Positions 22,362 through 31,471 of a DNA stretch of 64,000 nt are shown one piece after another (the first letter of the stretch is position 1; each line of letters starts with the position of its first letter). This DNA comes from Tahibacter sp. GTDB taxonomy: Bacteria; Pseudomonadota; Gammaproteobacteria; Xanthomonadales; Rhodanobacteraceae. The stretch lies in contig JBDTLV010000015.1 in NCBI GenBank assembly GCA_039934615.1, forward strand, positions 1,151-65,150, read 5' to 3'. The notes beneath the pieces are model-generated. The model saw only the letters and a program-made list of their open reading frames with translations. It searched no databases and was not told where the DNA came from. The position numbers and the translations under genes are program-made.

Positions 22362-22748
22362 TCAGCGTGCGCCCGGCGGTCGGCCGTCATGTTCAGGCGG
22401 TTCCGGACCTGGCGGCGGTGGCGGTGGCCGCATCGCATCGAAGCGCGCGAGCTGATCGGCCGTCAGCAGCGCCCTGAGGCGCGTCTGGGTTTGCTCGCGC
22501 AGCGCTTCCCTGTTCGCATGCGCCACGGCGCGATCGGCCTCGTTGGCTTCCCGCAGCGCGCGCATCCTGCCGCGCTGCTCTTCGAGGATCTGTATGAATT
22601 GCGGAGTCTGGTTGGCATCCAGTCCGAGCTGGCGCGCGACTTCGGCCGGCGGTGGTGGACGCCGCTCGACGCGATCGGGTGCCTGGGCGCAGGCGCTGGA
22701 TGCTGCGATCGCATGCATCAGCATGAAGGCCACGTGGCGGCTTTGCAT
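22362..22748 (-). CDS. Spy/CpxP-like periplasmic LTXXQ-motif protein
   Basis: ORF 22362..23009 trimmed to MQSRHVAFMLMHAIAASSACAQA (signal peptide), with a GGAG RBS at the complement of 22755-22758. The protein is helical and Arg/Gln/Glu-rich, with LDANQ and LTADQ motifs and a Pro-rich tail RPPPPPPGPEPPEH. Confidence 0.65.
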   Translation of the reverse strand: MQSRHVAFMLMHAIAASSACAQAPDRVERRPPPPAEVARQLGLDANQTPQFIQILEEQRGRMRALREANEADRAVAHANREALREQTQTRLRALLTADQLARFDAMRPPPPPPGPEPPEHDGRPPGAR

Positions 22749-22768
22749 GACAGTCTCCGGGTTGGAAT

Positions 22769-22783
22769 CTGGAACGGTTCCAG
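22769..22783. promoter_or_regulatory. perfect 15-bp palindrome CTGGAACGGTTCCAG, 21 nt upstream of the Spy/CpxP-like start codon
   Basis: Read directly from the sequence. A further GGTTCCAG copy lies at 22791-22798, so on the gene strand CTGGAACC occurs twice, 15 bp apart. Function is unknown. Confidence 0.4.
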
Positions 22784-23158
22784 TCTTCTTGGTTCCAGCA
22801 TGACCGCCGAGATTGCAGCGCCGATGGAGAAATTGAGGAGACTGCGGGCTGCGGCCAGCGCATTTGCGCGCTGGGCTCTCACCGATTTGGCCGGCAACAC
22901 ATGACTTCCGACCTGCTTCGCGTCGCGCCGAGGTTGCCGCAATTGCGCACAATTGCGCGTGGCACGAGTCGATGGTGCGCGTGCTTGTTGCAGTTCTGTC
23001 GAAAGTCACGTGCGCGTTGTACCGCAGTTGCCGGTATCGCCGGTGCGCGCAACGAACGCACTTCGCTCGTCATCCAATAGGCATGTCGATGCAGCGTATC
23101 GACGAGCGATCAACGGATCGCGCGGCATCCGGCCCGCAGCCGGCCTTTTGGAGGACTT

Positions 23159-23461
23159 ATGAAAACGCAGTTGCTCGCCCTCGCTCTGAGTTTGATCGCG
23201 GCGCCGTGCTTTGCTACCCAGGTCATCGATCTGGATTCCCTCGCCGCAGAAACCGGTCTTTCCACCCGCGAGGTCGCCATGGTGCTCGGACCCCACAGTG
23301 CATTCACCGAATACCGCGCGTCCTACGATCACGTCAGACGCCAGTTCCGCAATGCGATCGGGCGCACGCGCTATGACACGCTGATCGCGGCCTGGAACGC
23401 GCAGCAGCAGGGTCGCAATCTGGTCGTGCGCGCCGCCGCCCAACCCGAACACGGAACGTGA
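23159..23461 (+). CDS. small (100 aa) exported hypothetical protein
   Basis: ATG 23159 has a GGAGG RBS. The signal peptide is MKTQLLALALSLIAAPCFATQ. No family recognised. Confidence 0.6.
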   Translation: MKTQLLALALSLIAAPCFATQVIDLDSLAAETGLSTREVAMVLGPHSAFTEYRASYDHVRRQFRNAIGRTRYDTLIAAWNAQQQGRNLVVRAAAQPEHGT

Positions 23462-23638
23462 GTTTGCGTCCCTCCGGCGACGTGCCGCGTGCGGTGCGTC
23501 GCCGCAACCGATTTGAACCGACCACCGCGGAGCCGCGCCGCATGTAGGCGCCGTTGCGACGGGCATTGTGGATCGTGAGTGGCCCCGGCACTATCGCCGC
23601 GTCGAACCGACCACTGACGCACTCCCACGCCGCGACCC

Positions 23639-24004
23639 ATGCCCGCTCCCGCACTGAATTTTCTGCTGCCTGCCGGCCGTCTGCGCCGGCGCACCTATGT
23701 CGCGTCCACCGCGGTGGTTGCCCTGCTTGGCATCGCCGCCTGGGCTGCTCTGGAAACCTGGGTGAGCTACCGCGCCACCTGGTTCGTGCACCTGCCATTG
23801 CTCTGGCTGCTGTTCGCGCTGGCCTGCCGGCGCCTGCACGATCGCGACCACTCCGCGCTGCGTTTGCTGCTGCTGCTGATTCCGCTGCTCGGGCCCGCCT
23901 GGATTGCGGTCGAGCTGGTGCTCCTGCGCGGCAGCCGTGGCCAGAACCGCTACGGCGCGGATCCGCGCCGTCGGCGCGCCGGATACCCGCCAATTTCTGG
24001 ATAG
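23639..24004 (+). CDS. DUF805 (YhaH-like) family inner-membrane protein
   Basis: 121 aa. It has the characteristic RRLHDRD motif between TM helices and the C-terminal G..NRYGADP motif. Confidence 0.75.
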   Translation: MPAPALNFLLPAGRLRRRTYVASTAVVALLGIAAWAALETWVSYRATWFVHLPLLWLLFALACRRLHDRDHSALRLLLLLIPLLGPAWIAVELVLLRGSRGQNRYGADPRRRRAGYPPISG

Positions 24005-24018
24005 TATCGAAGTATTTT

Positions 24019-26253
24019 ATGACGCAAACGCAGCATATTATCAACGACGTCACGGGCCTGAATCCGATTCCCGTCTGGGCGGTCGTCGCGCCGCACAGCG
24101 TGGAAGACGTGCGCGATGCGCTGCAGCGCACGCGTGGCCCCGTATCCATCGGCGGCGGTCGCTTTAGCATGGGTGGGCAAACGGCGAGCCCCGACAGCCT
24201 GCACCTGGACCTGCGCGGATTGAACCGGATCGTGCGCTTCGCCCCGGTGGAACGTACCCTGCGCGTGCAGGCCGGCGCGCGCTGGTGTGATCTGCAACAG
24301 TTCCTCGATCCGCACGGACTCGCGGTCAAGATCATGCAGAGCTACGCGAATTTCAGCGTGGGTGGCTCGCTCAGCGTGAACGTTCACGGGCGATACGTCG
24401 GGCTGGGGCCGCTGATCCTGTCCGTGCGCGCGATTGCGATCGTGCTGGCGGATGGCCGTCTGGTCGAGGCTTCCCGCGAAGTGAACAGCGAAATCTTTTT
24501 TGGGGCAATTGGCGGCTATGGCGGACTGGGCGTCATCGTCGAGGCCGAATTCGACTTGGCCGACAACGTGCGCATGGCGCGCTCCGCGCAACGCCTGTTC
24601 GTCGCAGACTATCCCGAGCATTTTCATGCCCTGGTGCGCAGCGCGAAAGACGCGTTAATGCACAACGCCGATATTTACCCGCCGGACTACCGGCGCATCC
24701 GCTCGGTTACCTGGCGCCAGACCGACAAGCCTGCAACGGTGAAGCACCGCATGATGCCGCAGCGTTCGAGCTATCCGCTGCAGCGCTACTTTATCTGGGC
24801 TGCATCGGAAACGCCGCTGGGCAAGTGGCGCAAACAGCATATCGTCGACAACTTGCTGTATATGCGCCCGGCCGTGCATTGGCGCAATTTCGAGGCCGGC
24901 TACGACGTGGCCGAGTTGGAACCCGTATCGCGCCGCTTCACCACTTACGTGCTGCAGGAGTATTTCGTGCCGGTCGCGCGATTTGCTGAATTCGTGCCGC
25001 GCATGGCCGAGATCCTGCAGCGCCATCGGGTGAACATGTTGAATATCTCCGTGCGGCACGCACTGCCGGACGCCGGCTCCATGCTTGCCTGGGCGCGCGA
25101 GGAAAGTTTTGCATTTGTGCTGTACTACAAGCAGCGCACGCGGGCCAACGCGAAGGAACGCGTGGCGGTCTGGACGCGCGAACTGATCGATGCCGCGCTT
25201 GCGATGAACGGCAGCTACTATCTGCCGTATCAAATCCACGCGACGAGCGAGCAATTCCACCGCGCCTATCCGCGCGCACGGGAATTATTCGACCTGAAGG
25301 CGAAACTCGATCCGGATTTCCGTTTCAGAAATAGCCTTTGGGACACTTACTACATGCAGGATTCCCAAGCTTCGTCACCGGTTCCCGCGAATGGCGAATT
25401 CCAACGCATCTATGCCGACGTGCGCTTGCGCGATGCGTTCTACCGCTTTCTGCAGAATATCTACCGGCTCTACCCGGAAGACCGCTTCCATACCCTGATC
25501 CGCGAAGCCTGCGCTACGCAAGGCAGCGACGAGGCGATCTATCGGGATCTGCAGCTGAAACTGCCCGAAATCAAGCCATTTCTGGCTGACCTGACGTATG
25601 CGCTGCCGTCGCTCGCCAAGCAGAAAGCGGAGATGGCGCGCCAGACCGCGCAGTTGCTCGGCGCACGGCGCAGCTGGAATGGCTATGTGGAAATAGGAAC
25701 TACCGGGCGCTATGTGCGCGCGCTGCGCAAAGCCATCAAGCTCGATGGCGAGGTTGTGCTGATCAACGATGTCGCACCGGGCCGATCGCCGGTGGATCTG
25801 GTGGAGCGCGGGCAATGGGCGCCTGCCGGACGCTTCGTACCACTCAACGACTACGCGCCGATTGCCGCCAGCGACGTGGCGGATGCCAGCGTGGATCTGG
25901 TCACGTGCTACATCGGATTGCATCACGCGGAGCCTGCGACCCTGCCGGCCTTGCTTGCCTCGATTCACCGCATTCTGCGACCCGGTGGCGTATTCGTGCT
26001 GCGCGATCACGACGTGACCAGCGAGGCGATGCGCGACTTCGTGTCGCTCGCCCACACGGTGTTCAACGCCGGCCTGCAATTGCCCTGGGCCAGCAACCAG
26101 GCCGAGCTGCGTTATTTCGAGCCGATCAGCGTGTGGAGCGAGCGGATCGGCGCCGCGGGTTTCGTCGACAGCGGCGAGCGCCTGCGGCAGGCGAATGACC
26201 CATCTGACAATCTCCTGATGGCGTTTCACAAGCCGCGTGTGGAGGCCGCATGA
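24019..26253 (+). CDS. fusion protein: FAD-linked (PCMH/vanillyl-alcohol-oxidase type) oxidase N-terminal half plus class-I methyltransferase-like C-terminal domain
   Basis: ORF 23554..26253 trimmed to ATG 24019 (MTQTQHIINDVTGLN), because the upstream part overlaps the DUF805 gene. The FAD_binding_4-like region is PHSVEDVRDAL......VSIGGGRFSMGGQ. There is an ALO/BBE-like tail YYLPYQ...KLDPDFRFRNSLW. The C-terminal part VDLVTCYIGLHHAE...IHRILRPGGVFVLRDHD resembles Methyltransf_11 motifs. Confidence 0.7.
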   Translation: MTQTQHIINDVTGLNPIPVWAVVAPHSVEDVRDALQRTRGPVSIGGGRFSMGGQTASPDSLHLDLRGLNRIVRFAPVERTLRVQAGARWCDLQQFLDPHGLAVKIMQSYANFSVGGSLSVNVHGRYVGLGPLILSVRAIAIVLADGRLVEASREVNSEIFFGAIGGYGGLGVIVEAEFDLADNVRMARSAQRLFVADYPEHFHALVRSAKDALMHNADIYPPDYRRIRSVTWRQTDKPATVKHRMMPQRSSYPLQRYFIWAASETPLGKWRKQHIVDNLLYMRPAVHWRNFEAGYDVAELEPVSRRFTTYVLQEYFVPVARFAEFVPRMAEILQRHRVNMLNISVRHALPDAGSMLAWAREESFAFVLYYKQRTRANAKERVAVWTRELIDAALAMNGSYYLPYQIHATSEQFHRAYPRARELFDLKAKLDPDFRFRNSLWDTYYMQDSQASSPVPANGEFQRIYADVRLRDAFYRFLQNIYRLYPEDRFHTLIREACATQGSDEAIYRDLQLKLPEIKPFLADLTYALPSLAKQKAEMARQTAQLLGARRSWNGYVEIGTTGRYVRALRKAIKLDGEVVLINDVAPGRSPVDLVERGQWAPAGRFVPLNDYAPIAASDVADASVDLVTCYIGLHHAEPATLPALLASIHRILRPGGVFVLRDHDVTSEAMRDFVSLAHTVFNAGLQLPWASNQAELRYFEPISVWSERIGAAGFVDSGERLRQANDPSDNLLMAFHKPRVEAA

Positions 26254-27302
26254 AGCTCAGCGCGCGAATGCTGGCGTCAGTTCTGCTGCTGGCGGGGACG
26301 GCCTTGCTGGCGCAGCCGGTTGTGGACAAAGAAAAAATGACCATTGCAGCGCCGGAGGCTGATCGGCGCGGCATCGAACAGACGTATCTGACCTATCCGG
26401 AGTGGTTCCTCGTATTCAGTTCGGCCGAATACGCGGACTGGGTCAAGCATGATCCGCCCGAGACTTTTCCGTTCGTTGGCCATGTGCGGCAGTTCTGGCG
26501 CGGATATGGCTACGTCGACGCGGCGACACGCGCGTATCCGCGCAATGACGAATACCACACGATGATCCGGGTGATTGGCGCCAGCACGACCCTGGAATAT
26601 TCGATGCGCGTCGGCTACGAGTCGCTGATCGGGCGACTCAGCAATGCGACGGCGGTGTATGGAACCACTGCCGAAGATCGCCTCGCTGCACAGGTGGCGC
26701 AGGAGTACGTCGACTTCATCCGGCTTCGGCCGTGGTACGAATTCGATTTCGGCGCGCGCCTGAAACAGGTCTGGAGTGACACAGGCTGGTGGGGCGACGG
26801 CGCGCTGCGCAAGTGGGAACGCAAGTACGCGTTGACCACGGAATATGGGGCGAAGGCGCTGTATGGCTGGGCGATCGGCATGGCGACGCATGCGAGCTAC
26901 GGCGTTGCGACCGACAACACCGTGGTCGCGCTGCGCGATGTGCCGACGGATGTCGCCACGCAACTGCCGCTGTTCAAGGTGCTCGGAACGCAGGCCGACG
27001 CCAGCGTTCTCGCCAGCCTGCCTCGCTATGAGCCATTTACCCATTATGCACAAGTGCTTTCCGCCGCAGGTGCGCATTTTGTCGAGATCGCGGGAAATCG
27101 CGGCGCGATCCTGGTCACCGCCTGGGCCCCGGTGGACTGGCAGGTTCCGGCGGAATTCGGCAACCTGTTGTTCGCGGAACCGATCATGACCCAACCGCAG
27201 TTCCGCCGCGTCGCGCTGCAGGTGCCAGTCGCCGCGCTGGATCGTGCGGTGGCCACGCTGTCGCAGCCTCCGTTCAAATTGGAACATGTGTTCGACTACT
27301 AG
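26250..27302 (+). CDS. exported protein of unknown function, translationally coupled to the FAD-oxidase fusion gene
   Basis: ATGA overlap with the upstream stop. The signal peptide is MKLSARMLASVLLLAGTALLAQP. It is 350 aa and Trp/Tyr-rich. No family recognised. Confidence 0.65.
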   Translation: MKLSARMLASVLLLAGTALLAQPVVDKEKMTIAAPEADRRGIEQTYLTYPEWFLVFSSAEYADWVKHDPPETFPFVGHVRQFWRGYGYVDAATRAYPRNDEYHTMIRVIGASTTLEYSMRVGYESLIGRLSNATAVYGTTAEDRLAAQVAQEYVDFIRLRPWYEFDFGARLKQVWSDTGWWGDGALRKWERKYALTTEYGAKALYGWAIGMATHASYGVATDNTVVALRDVPTDVATQLPLFKVLGTQADASVLASLPRYEPFTHYAQVLSAAGAHFVEIAGNRGAILVTAWAPVDWQVPAEFGNLLFAEPIMTQPQFRRVALQVPVAALDRAVATLSQPPFKLEHVFDY

Positions 27303-27350
27303 CGCAGAGATCTTCCGTGCGATCGCCTGCGAGGCGTGCCGTGAACGCTG

Positions 27351-28331
27351 TCAGGCCGCCTGCACCGCGCGCGGTTCTAGGGTCGCCAGCCATTCGTCGT
27401 CGGATCCTTCGATGACGCCTTCGAACAGGATCGTCGACAGATAGCGCTCGCCGGTGTCGGGCAGCATCGCGAGGATGGTCGAACCCGCGCTCGCGGATTC
27501 CGCCACACGCAGCGCGGCGGCGAGTGTCGCGCCGGCGGAGATGCCGACGAAGATGCCTTCCTCGCGCGCCAGGCGCAGGCTGGTGTCGCGCGCCAACAAA
27601 TCTTCGACCGGCAAGATCTCGTCGGCAATCGTGCGGCTCAGTACGCCGGGCAGGAAGTCCGGTGTCCACCCTTGGATTTTGTGAGGTTTCCACTCGTTGC
27701 CCGAGAGGAGCGCCGCGCCGGCCGGTTCGCTGGCGATGATGCGAATATCCGGCCGCGCCAGCTTGAGCACTTCACCGGCGCCGGTGATGGTGCCGCCAGT
27801 ACCCCAGCCGCTGACGAAATAGTCCAGCCGCCTGCCGGCGAAATCACGCAGGATTTCCGGTCCGGTCGTGCTGCGGTGCCAGGCCGGATTGGCCGGATTG
27901 TCGAATTGGCGCGCGAGGAACCAGCCATGCTTCGCGGCGAGTTCCTCGGCTTTGCGCACCATGCCGCTGCCGCGCTCGGCGGCGGGCGTCAGGATTACCT
28001 TGCCGCCATAGACGCGAATCAGCTTGCGCCGCTCGACCGAGAACGTTTCGGTCATGACCGCAACAAACGGATAGCCGCGCGCAGCGGAGACCGCGGCGAG
28101 CGCAATGCCGGTGTTGCCCGACGTCGCCTCGACAATTGTCTGCCCCGGTTTGAGCGCACCGCTGCGTTCCGCGTCGAGCACGATCGCGAGCGCGAGCCGG
28201 TCCTTGACGGAACCCGCGGGATTGAAGGCTTCGATCTTGACGTACAGATCGATACCTTTCGGTGCAAGCCGGTGCAGCTTGACGATGGGTGTATTGCCGA
28301 TCGTGTCGAGGATGCTGTCGAAGATGGCCAT
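27351..28331 (-). CDS. cysK: cysteine synthase A (O-acetylserine sulfhydrylase)
   Basis: ORF 27351..28472 trimmed to MAIFDSILDTIGNTPIVKL. The PLP lysine motif is NPAGSVKDR. Also seen are TSGNTGIALA and GWGTGGTITG. Confidence 0.9.
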   Translation of the reverse strand: MAIFDSILDTIGNTPIVKLHRLAPKGIDLYVKIEAFNPAGSVKDRLALAIVLDAERSGALKPGQTIVEATSGNTGIALAAVSAARGYPFVAVMTETFSVERRKLIRVYGGKVILTPAAERGSGMVRKAEELAAKHGWFLARQFDNPANPAWHRSTTGPEILRDFAGRRLDYFVSGWGTGGTITGAGEVLKLARPDIRIIASEPAGAALLSGNEWKPHKIQGWTPDFLPGVLSRTIADEILPVEDLLARDTSLRLAREEGIFVGISAGATLAAALRVAESASAGSTILAMLPDTGERYLSTILFEGVIEGSDDEWLATLEPRAVQAA

Positions 28332-28377
28332 GCTGGATGTCCGTTGCCGAGAGTGGAATCTGGGGTGTACCGCGCGG

Positions 28378-29814
28378 TCACGCGGCGGTCGCGTAAGCCT
28401 GTGGCCTCGATCGGGATTGCAGCGGTGCGGCACCGTACCAGTGCAGGTCTGCACCCAGCGCCGTGACTTCACCGAGCAGGAGCAAGGCCGGTGACTGGAT
28501 CGCGTTTGCTTTTGCCACTTCTGGCAATTCGGACAAAATGCCGAGCACCACGCGCTGATTCGGCCGCGACCCGTTTTCGATCAGCGCGAACGGCGTACTT
28601 CGGCTGCGTCCGTGTGCGATGAGTTTGGTGCGCAGCGTGTCCAGGCTCGCCACGCCCATGTACAGCGCCAGCGTCTGACGCTCCGCAGCCAGAGACGGCC
28701 AGTCCAGCGCATCCAGGGACTGTGCGCAGTGCGCGGTGGCAAAACGCACCGACTGGGCATGGTCGCGGTGGGTTAATGGAATTCCGGCATAAGCGGCGCA
28801 GGCCAGCGCGGCGGTAATTCCGGGCACGACTTCGTAAGCGATGTCGTGCGCGCGCAGGAATTCCAGCTCCTCGCCGCCGCGGCCGAACACGAAGGGATCA
28901 CCGCCTTTGAGGCGAACCACGCGTCGCCCGGCTCGCGCGTGCTGCAGCAGGAGCGCGTGTATGCCTGCCTGCGTGGTGTGGTGCGTGCCGGCTTCCTTGG
29001 CGACTTCGACGAATTGCGCATCGCGTCGCGCCAACCGCAGGACGTCGGCACTGACCAGTCGATCGTGCAGGATCACATCGGCTTCATTGAGTGCCTGCAA
29101 ACCGCGCAAGGTCAGCAATCCCGGGTCTCCAGGGCCCGCGCCGACCAGAATCACGCTGCCCTGCGGCGATGGTTCAGACGCTGCATCATCCAATTGTTTC
29201 GAAAGCAAGGTTTGCGCATCTTCGCCACGACCTCGGCGCACCAGCGCAGCGACTTCGCCACGAAATACGCGTTCGAGAAAGCGGCGCCGCCGGCCGAGAT
29301 CGGCGAGGCGTCCACGGATGCGCCCGCGCCAGGTCTCGGCCAGCCGCGCCAGGGGGCCCAGCGAGGATTCCAACAAGGATTCGATACGTTCGCGGACCAG
29401 ACGCGCCAGTACGGGCGCTGCGCCGCCGCTGGATATCGCGACGATCAAGGGGGCGCGGTCGACGACAGCGGGTACTTGAAAGGTCGACAGTGCCGCGTCA
29501 TCGACCACGTTGACCCATATCCGCCGGGCAGCACCGGCTGCCGCGACTCGGGCGTTCACGGTGCGGTGATCGGTCGCGGCAATCGCCAGCCAGACGCCGT
29601 CGAGCCAGGCATCGTCGAACTCGCCGGAAATCGGCCGGATACGGCCGTTCGCCGCCCATTCGGCCAGGATCGGAGTCAGTTCCGGCGCGCCAACCCGTAC
29701 CGTGGCGCCCGCTTCCAGCAACGCCTTGACCTTGCGTTCGGCCACCAATCCGCCGCCGACGACCAGGACTGGTCGGTCTGCAAGCTCGGCAAAAATTGGA
29801 TAGAGTCGGGGCAT
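28378..29814 (-). CDS. cysG: siroheme synthase (precorrin-2 dehydrogenase/ferrochelatase plus uroporphyrinogen-III C-methyltransferase)
   Basis: ORF trimmed to [11 protein letters not shown] (ATG, complement of 29812-29814). The N-terminal Rossmann motif is [13 protein letters not shown]. The C-terminal SUMT motifs are [16 protein letters not shown] and [18 protein letters not shown]. Confidence 0.9.
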   Translation of the reverse strand: MPRLYPIFAELADRPVLVVGGGLVAERKVKALLEAGATVRVGAPELTPILAEWAANGRIRPISGEFDDAWLDGVWLAIAATDHRTVNARVAAAGAARRIWVNVVDDAALSTFQVPAVVDRAPLIVAISSGGAAPVLARLVRERIESLLESSLGPLARLAETWRGRIRGRLADLGRRRRFLERVFRGEVAALVRRGRGEDAQTLLSKQLDDAASEPSPQGSVILVGAGPGDPGLLTLRGLQALNEADVILHDRLVSADVLRLARRDAQFVEVAKEAGTHHTTQAGIHALLLQHARAGRRVVRLKGGDPFVFGRGGEELEFLRAHDIAYEVVPGITAALACAAYAGIPLTHRDHAQSVRFATAHCAQSLDALDWPSLAAERQTLALYMGVASLDTLRTKLIAHGRSRSTPFALIENGSRPNQRVVLGILSELPEVAKANAIQSPALLLLGEVTALGADLHWYGAAPLQSRSRPQAYATAA

Positions 29815-30195
29815 CGGCGGGTCCGCTGGGTCGGTGCGTCGCGCATCCGTCGTCCATCGAGAACGGATTGCGCACCACTGGCGATCATGCTGCTTGCCTG
29901 CGCGATCGCAGGGAAATAAGCATGCATGCCGCACATATGCCGGATTGGCATGTGCGATGCCGCGAATACGTTGCGGACGTATAGACGTCCAAATGCACTA
30001 TCGTTATGATCGAACCGAATCCCGCCGCGCCGATAGCCACCTTGAAAGTGGCATCGGCAGGCCCTACCCGAGGAGTTGCGACATGAAACCGATGAATTTT
30101 GCCAATCTCACCTGTTACGCCTGGCGCACCAATTACGTAGCCATTACGGCGACCTCGACCGCGCAGCGCTTGCGATCTCCTCAGAGACGGCCAAC

Positions 30196-31242
30196 ATGAC
30201 CCTGACCCAGCTCCGCTACCTTATCGCGATTGCCGATTCCGGTCTCAACATCACCCTCGCCGCCGAGCGCGTGCATGCGACCCAGCCGGGCATCTCCAAG
30301 CAATTGAAGCAATTGGAAGATGAACTCGGGTTCCAGATTTTCGCGCGCAAGGGCAAGAGCCTTGAGCGCATCACTCCCGCCGGCGTGCAAGTCATCGACC
30401 GCGCCCGCGTCATCCTCGCCGAAGCCGCCAATATCCGTGCCCTTGCGGCCAACCTGCGCAATGAAGCGCAAGGTGAGCTGCGCATCGCCACGACGCATAC
30501 CCAGGCCCGGTTCGTGCTGCCGCATGCGATCACCAGCCTGAAGCGGCGTTATCCACAAGTGAGCGTGCACCTGAAACCCGCGGGCGATGCCGAAGTGCTG
30601 GCCTTGCTCGAACGAGGCGAAGCCGATATCGCGATTGTCAGCACCGCGGGCAGCGTGCCAGCCGGCGGACTCGCGGTGCCGCTCTTCCGCTGGGATCGGC
30701 ACGTGCTTGTGCCGCGCACGCATGCCCTGTCGCGCCTGGATCGCGCGCCGGATCTGCATGATCTGGCGGAGTTCCCGCTGGTCAGCTACGAGTCCTCGCT
30801 CAAACCGGATTCGTCGCTGCGCCGCGCGTTTCTCGGTGCGGGCCTGTTGCCGCGCATCGCGATCACCGCGCGGGATGCCGACCTGATCAAGACCTACGTG
30901 CGCGCCGGACTCGGTGTTGGCGTACTCGCCGAAATGGCGATGACACCTGAAGATGCCGTCGATCTGAAAACGCTGCCGGCACCGGGTCTGTTTCCAACCT
31001 GCACGACCTGGGTCGTCCTGCGTCGTGATCGCGTGCTGCGTGACTACGCGCTCGACCTCGTTGCCGAACTGGCACCGCAGCTGGATCGGCGCAGTCTGCG
31101 CCGCGTGCTCGATGGCGTCTCGACGCCGGAATGGCCGCAGGCGCCGCACTGGCGCACCCTGACGGGCGGTGTCGAGCCGGTATCGGTCAGTCCTGCCGCG
31201 GTTGCGAAGTCGGTGATTGCGGCGCGGGCGCGGGCCGCCTGA
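30196..31242 (+). CDS. cysB: LysR-family regulator of the CysB/Cbl type
   Basis: ORF 30076 trimmed to ATG 30196. MTLTQLRYLIAI....TQPGISKQLKQLEDELGFQIF and ATTHTQARFVLP match CysB signatures. It is embedded among cys genes. The symbol is assigned by family and context. Confidence 0.8.
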   Translation: MTLTQLRYLIAIADSGLNITLAAERVHATQPGISKQLKQLEDELGFQIFARKGKSLERITPAGVQVIDRARVILAEAANIRALAANLRNEAQGELRIATTHTQARFVLPHAITSLKRRYPQVSVHLKPAGDAEVLALLERGEADIAIVSTAGSVPAGGLAVPLFRWDRHVLVPRTHALSRLDRAPDLHDLAEFPLVSYESSLKPDSSLRRAFLGAGLLPRIAITARDADLIKTYVRAGLGVGVLAEMAMTPEDAVDLKTLPAPGLFPTCTTWVVLRRDRVLRDYALDLVAELAPQLDRRSLRRVLDGVSTPEWPQAPHWRTLTGGVEPVSVSPAAVAKSVIAARARAA

Positions 31243-31471
31243 CGCGTGCTGAATTGTGCAGGGGTGGACAGATCCACTCCTGCACGTTCGATGGACGAGT
31301 CAATTTGATCTGAGACGAGTGCGCGCAGGTTTGCGTGTTGAATCCCTCAAGCCGGCGATCCGTCTCTGTCGCTGACCGGAGACTCGGTGAAAGCGCGAGG
31401 CTCAGCCGAAATTTCGAATCCTGTGCATGACTCGGCGCGCCTCCCGAAGCAATGCGCCGAATCCGCCGGAA

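Noticed and set aside
23554-24018. Long N-terminal extension of the FAD-oxidase ORF (899-aa version).
   Set aside because: The extension overlaps the DUF805 gene in another frame and is Arg/Ala/Pro-rich. ATG 24019 gives a typical FAD-oxidase N-terminus, so the short form is preferred.
31400-31430. TTCGAATCC string reminiscent of a tRNA T-loop.
   Set aside because: The flanking bases cannot form a T-stem, and no acceptor or anticodon arms are present. It is not a tRNA.
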